Below are positions 62,500 through 64,000 of a stretch of DNA of 64,000 bases, piece after piece. This DNA comes from Eledone cirrhosa. Lineage: Eukaryota. A program made the translations under genes and the position numbers. Every line of letters begins with the position of its first letter. Positions within the stretch are counted from its first letter, which is position 1. The notes beneath the pieces were generated by a model, which made no database searches, was not told the DNA's origin, and worked only from the letters and a program-made list of their open reading frames with translations. The stretch covers positions 1 to 64,000 of the forward strand of contig CAXHJY010000973.1 in assembly GCA_964016885.1 (NCBI GenBank), read 5' to 3'.

Positions 62500-62530
<31 letters not shown>

Positions 62531-62573
62531 CATATACATATATATACATATATATATATATACATATATATAC

Positions 62574-62604
<31 letters not shown>

Positions 62605-62659
62605 CATATACATATATACATATATATATACATATACATATATATATATACATATATAT

Positions 62660-63697
62660 ATCATCATCATCATCGTTTAACGTCCCTGTTCCACGCTTGC
62701 ATGGGTTTGGATGGGGGTTTTCCCACTTGAGGCAAGAGTGGTTGTCTTGCTCGCATAGGACTGCCTGGCGGGTTTTCTACAGCTGGATGCCCTTCCTAAC
62801 ACCAACCACATTTACAGTGTGGGGCTGGGAGGTTTTTACCGTGTTGCCTACATGGCCACATTACAGCGTGGACTGTGTGTTTTTTTGTCGTGACACCTAC
62901 ACGATCTCATTTGTTTCGGCCTGGATGGTGTAGCACCAACATAACTTTACATAGAAGGGGGCGGTGTGGATGGGGTGGGGGTGGTGGTGGTGGGACGGGG
63001 TGTATTTTGTTAGAGATGCCTACTGACTGTAGTAGGTTTTACTTTGTATTTAGGTAAGGCGGGTCTTCTCTGTTACTGAGTACCGCCAAAGGTCTCGGTC
63101 CACTCCGTGACTACCGTCTATCTTTATTGCCCTGCACTTTGTTATACAGCTGTCATCTTTCATGCGCATCACGTGACCGTACCAACGTAGCCTTCTCTCG
63201 AGTAAACAACATCTGATCCCTCTTATCTCTAATTTTTTCCTTAGTTCGTTTATGCTTTGCCGTTCACGTATATTACTGTTACACATCCAGCGGAGCATGC
63301 AAGCTTCGTTCCTCTCTAGTCTGCGTATATCCTCTGCACACAATGCCCAGGTCTCACTGCCATGCAACATTGCTGTTCGTATGCAGGCATCGTACAACCT
63401 GCCTTTCACTTTTAGTGAGAACCCTTTAGCAGTTAATAGTGGTATAAGCTCTCTGAACTTTTTCCAACCAGTTCTGACTCTAGCTACTGTACTTTCAGAG
63501 CACCCTCCCCCACTGCTGATTTTATCGCCCAGGTAACGGAAGCTGTCCACTATTTCTATAGAACCCTCTGCGCAGTTGAAGGAGCTAGTATTTTGTGAGC
63601 ACTTGCTGCTACTTATTGCACCAGAGCACCGGCCACATGTAAAATCTATGTTCTTAGTTAGCTTACCTGTGATCCCACTACATCTTTTATGCACCCA
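62660..63697 (-). mobile_element. RTE-clade LINE, family C, truncated within the PHD-like finger, with an internal deletion near 63100
   Basis: WVHKRCSG...CGRC...FRYLGD...MLHGSETW...[10 protein letters not shown]; 3' UTR and (atg)n tail at 62660-62674. Confidence 0.93.
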
Positions 63698-63726
63698 TAC
63701 TATATATATATATACATATATAGATA

Positions 63727-63759
<33 letters not shown>

Positions 63760-63822
63760 ACATATATATACACATATACATATATATATACATATACATA
63801 TATATATACATATATATATATA

Positions 63823-63855
<33 letters not shown>

Positions 63856-64000
63856 ACATATATATACACATATACATATATATATACATATACATATATA
63901 TATACATATATATATATATACATATACATATATATATACATATATATATATATACATATACATATATATATACATATATATATATATACATATATATATA
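63698..64000. repeat. (TA)n/(TATACA)n microsatellite running off the window
   Basis: Directly visible. Confidence 0.95.

Overview
A gene-free, transposon- and repeat-saturated eukaryotic window, probably from an Octopus-like cephalopod (inferred from remembered SINE and RTE 3'-end motifs). It holds very long (TA)n/(TATATACA)n arrays, a ~20.3 kb 24-bp satellite with higher-order structure, and five copies from three families of RTE LINEs with a PHD-like finger inside the RT region. It also holds one near-full-length RTE with three C-terminal C2H2 fingers, CRE-like and R4/Dong-like RLE LINE fragments, and Penelope-like (Naiad-type) RT/GIY-YIG elements. The strongest signal outside the ORF track is a set of minimal type I hammerhead ribozyme motifs at 7-8 loci. 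Several sit in foldback palindromes that place a ribozyme on both strands next to TA arrays, and two carry a compensatory U3:A8 core. The long Y/I-rich and 8-aa-repeat ORFs are repeat artefacts. No host protein-coding gene, rRNA, tRNA or CRISPR array is supported. All calls were made by eye without searches.
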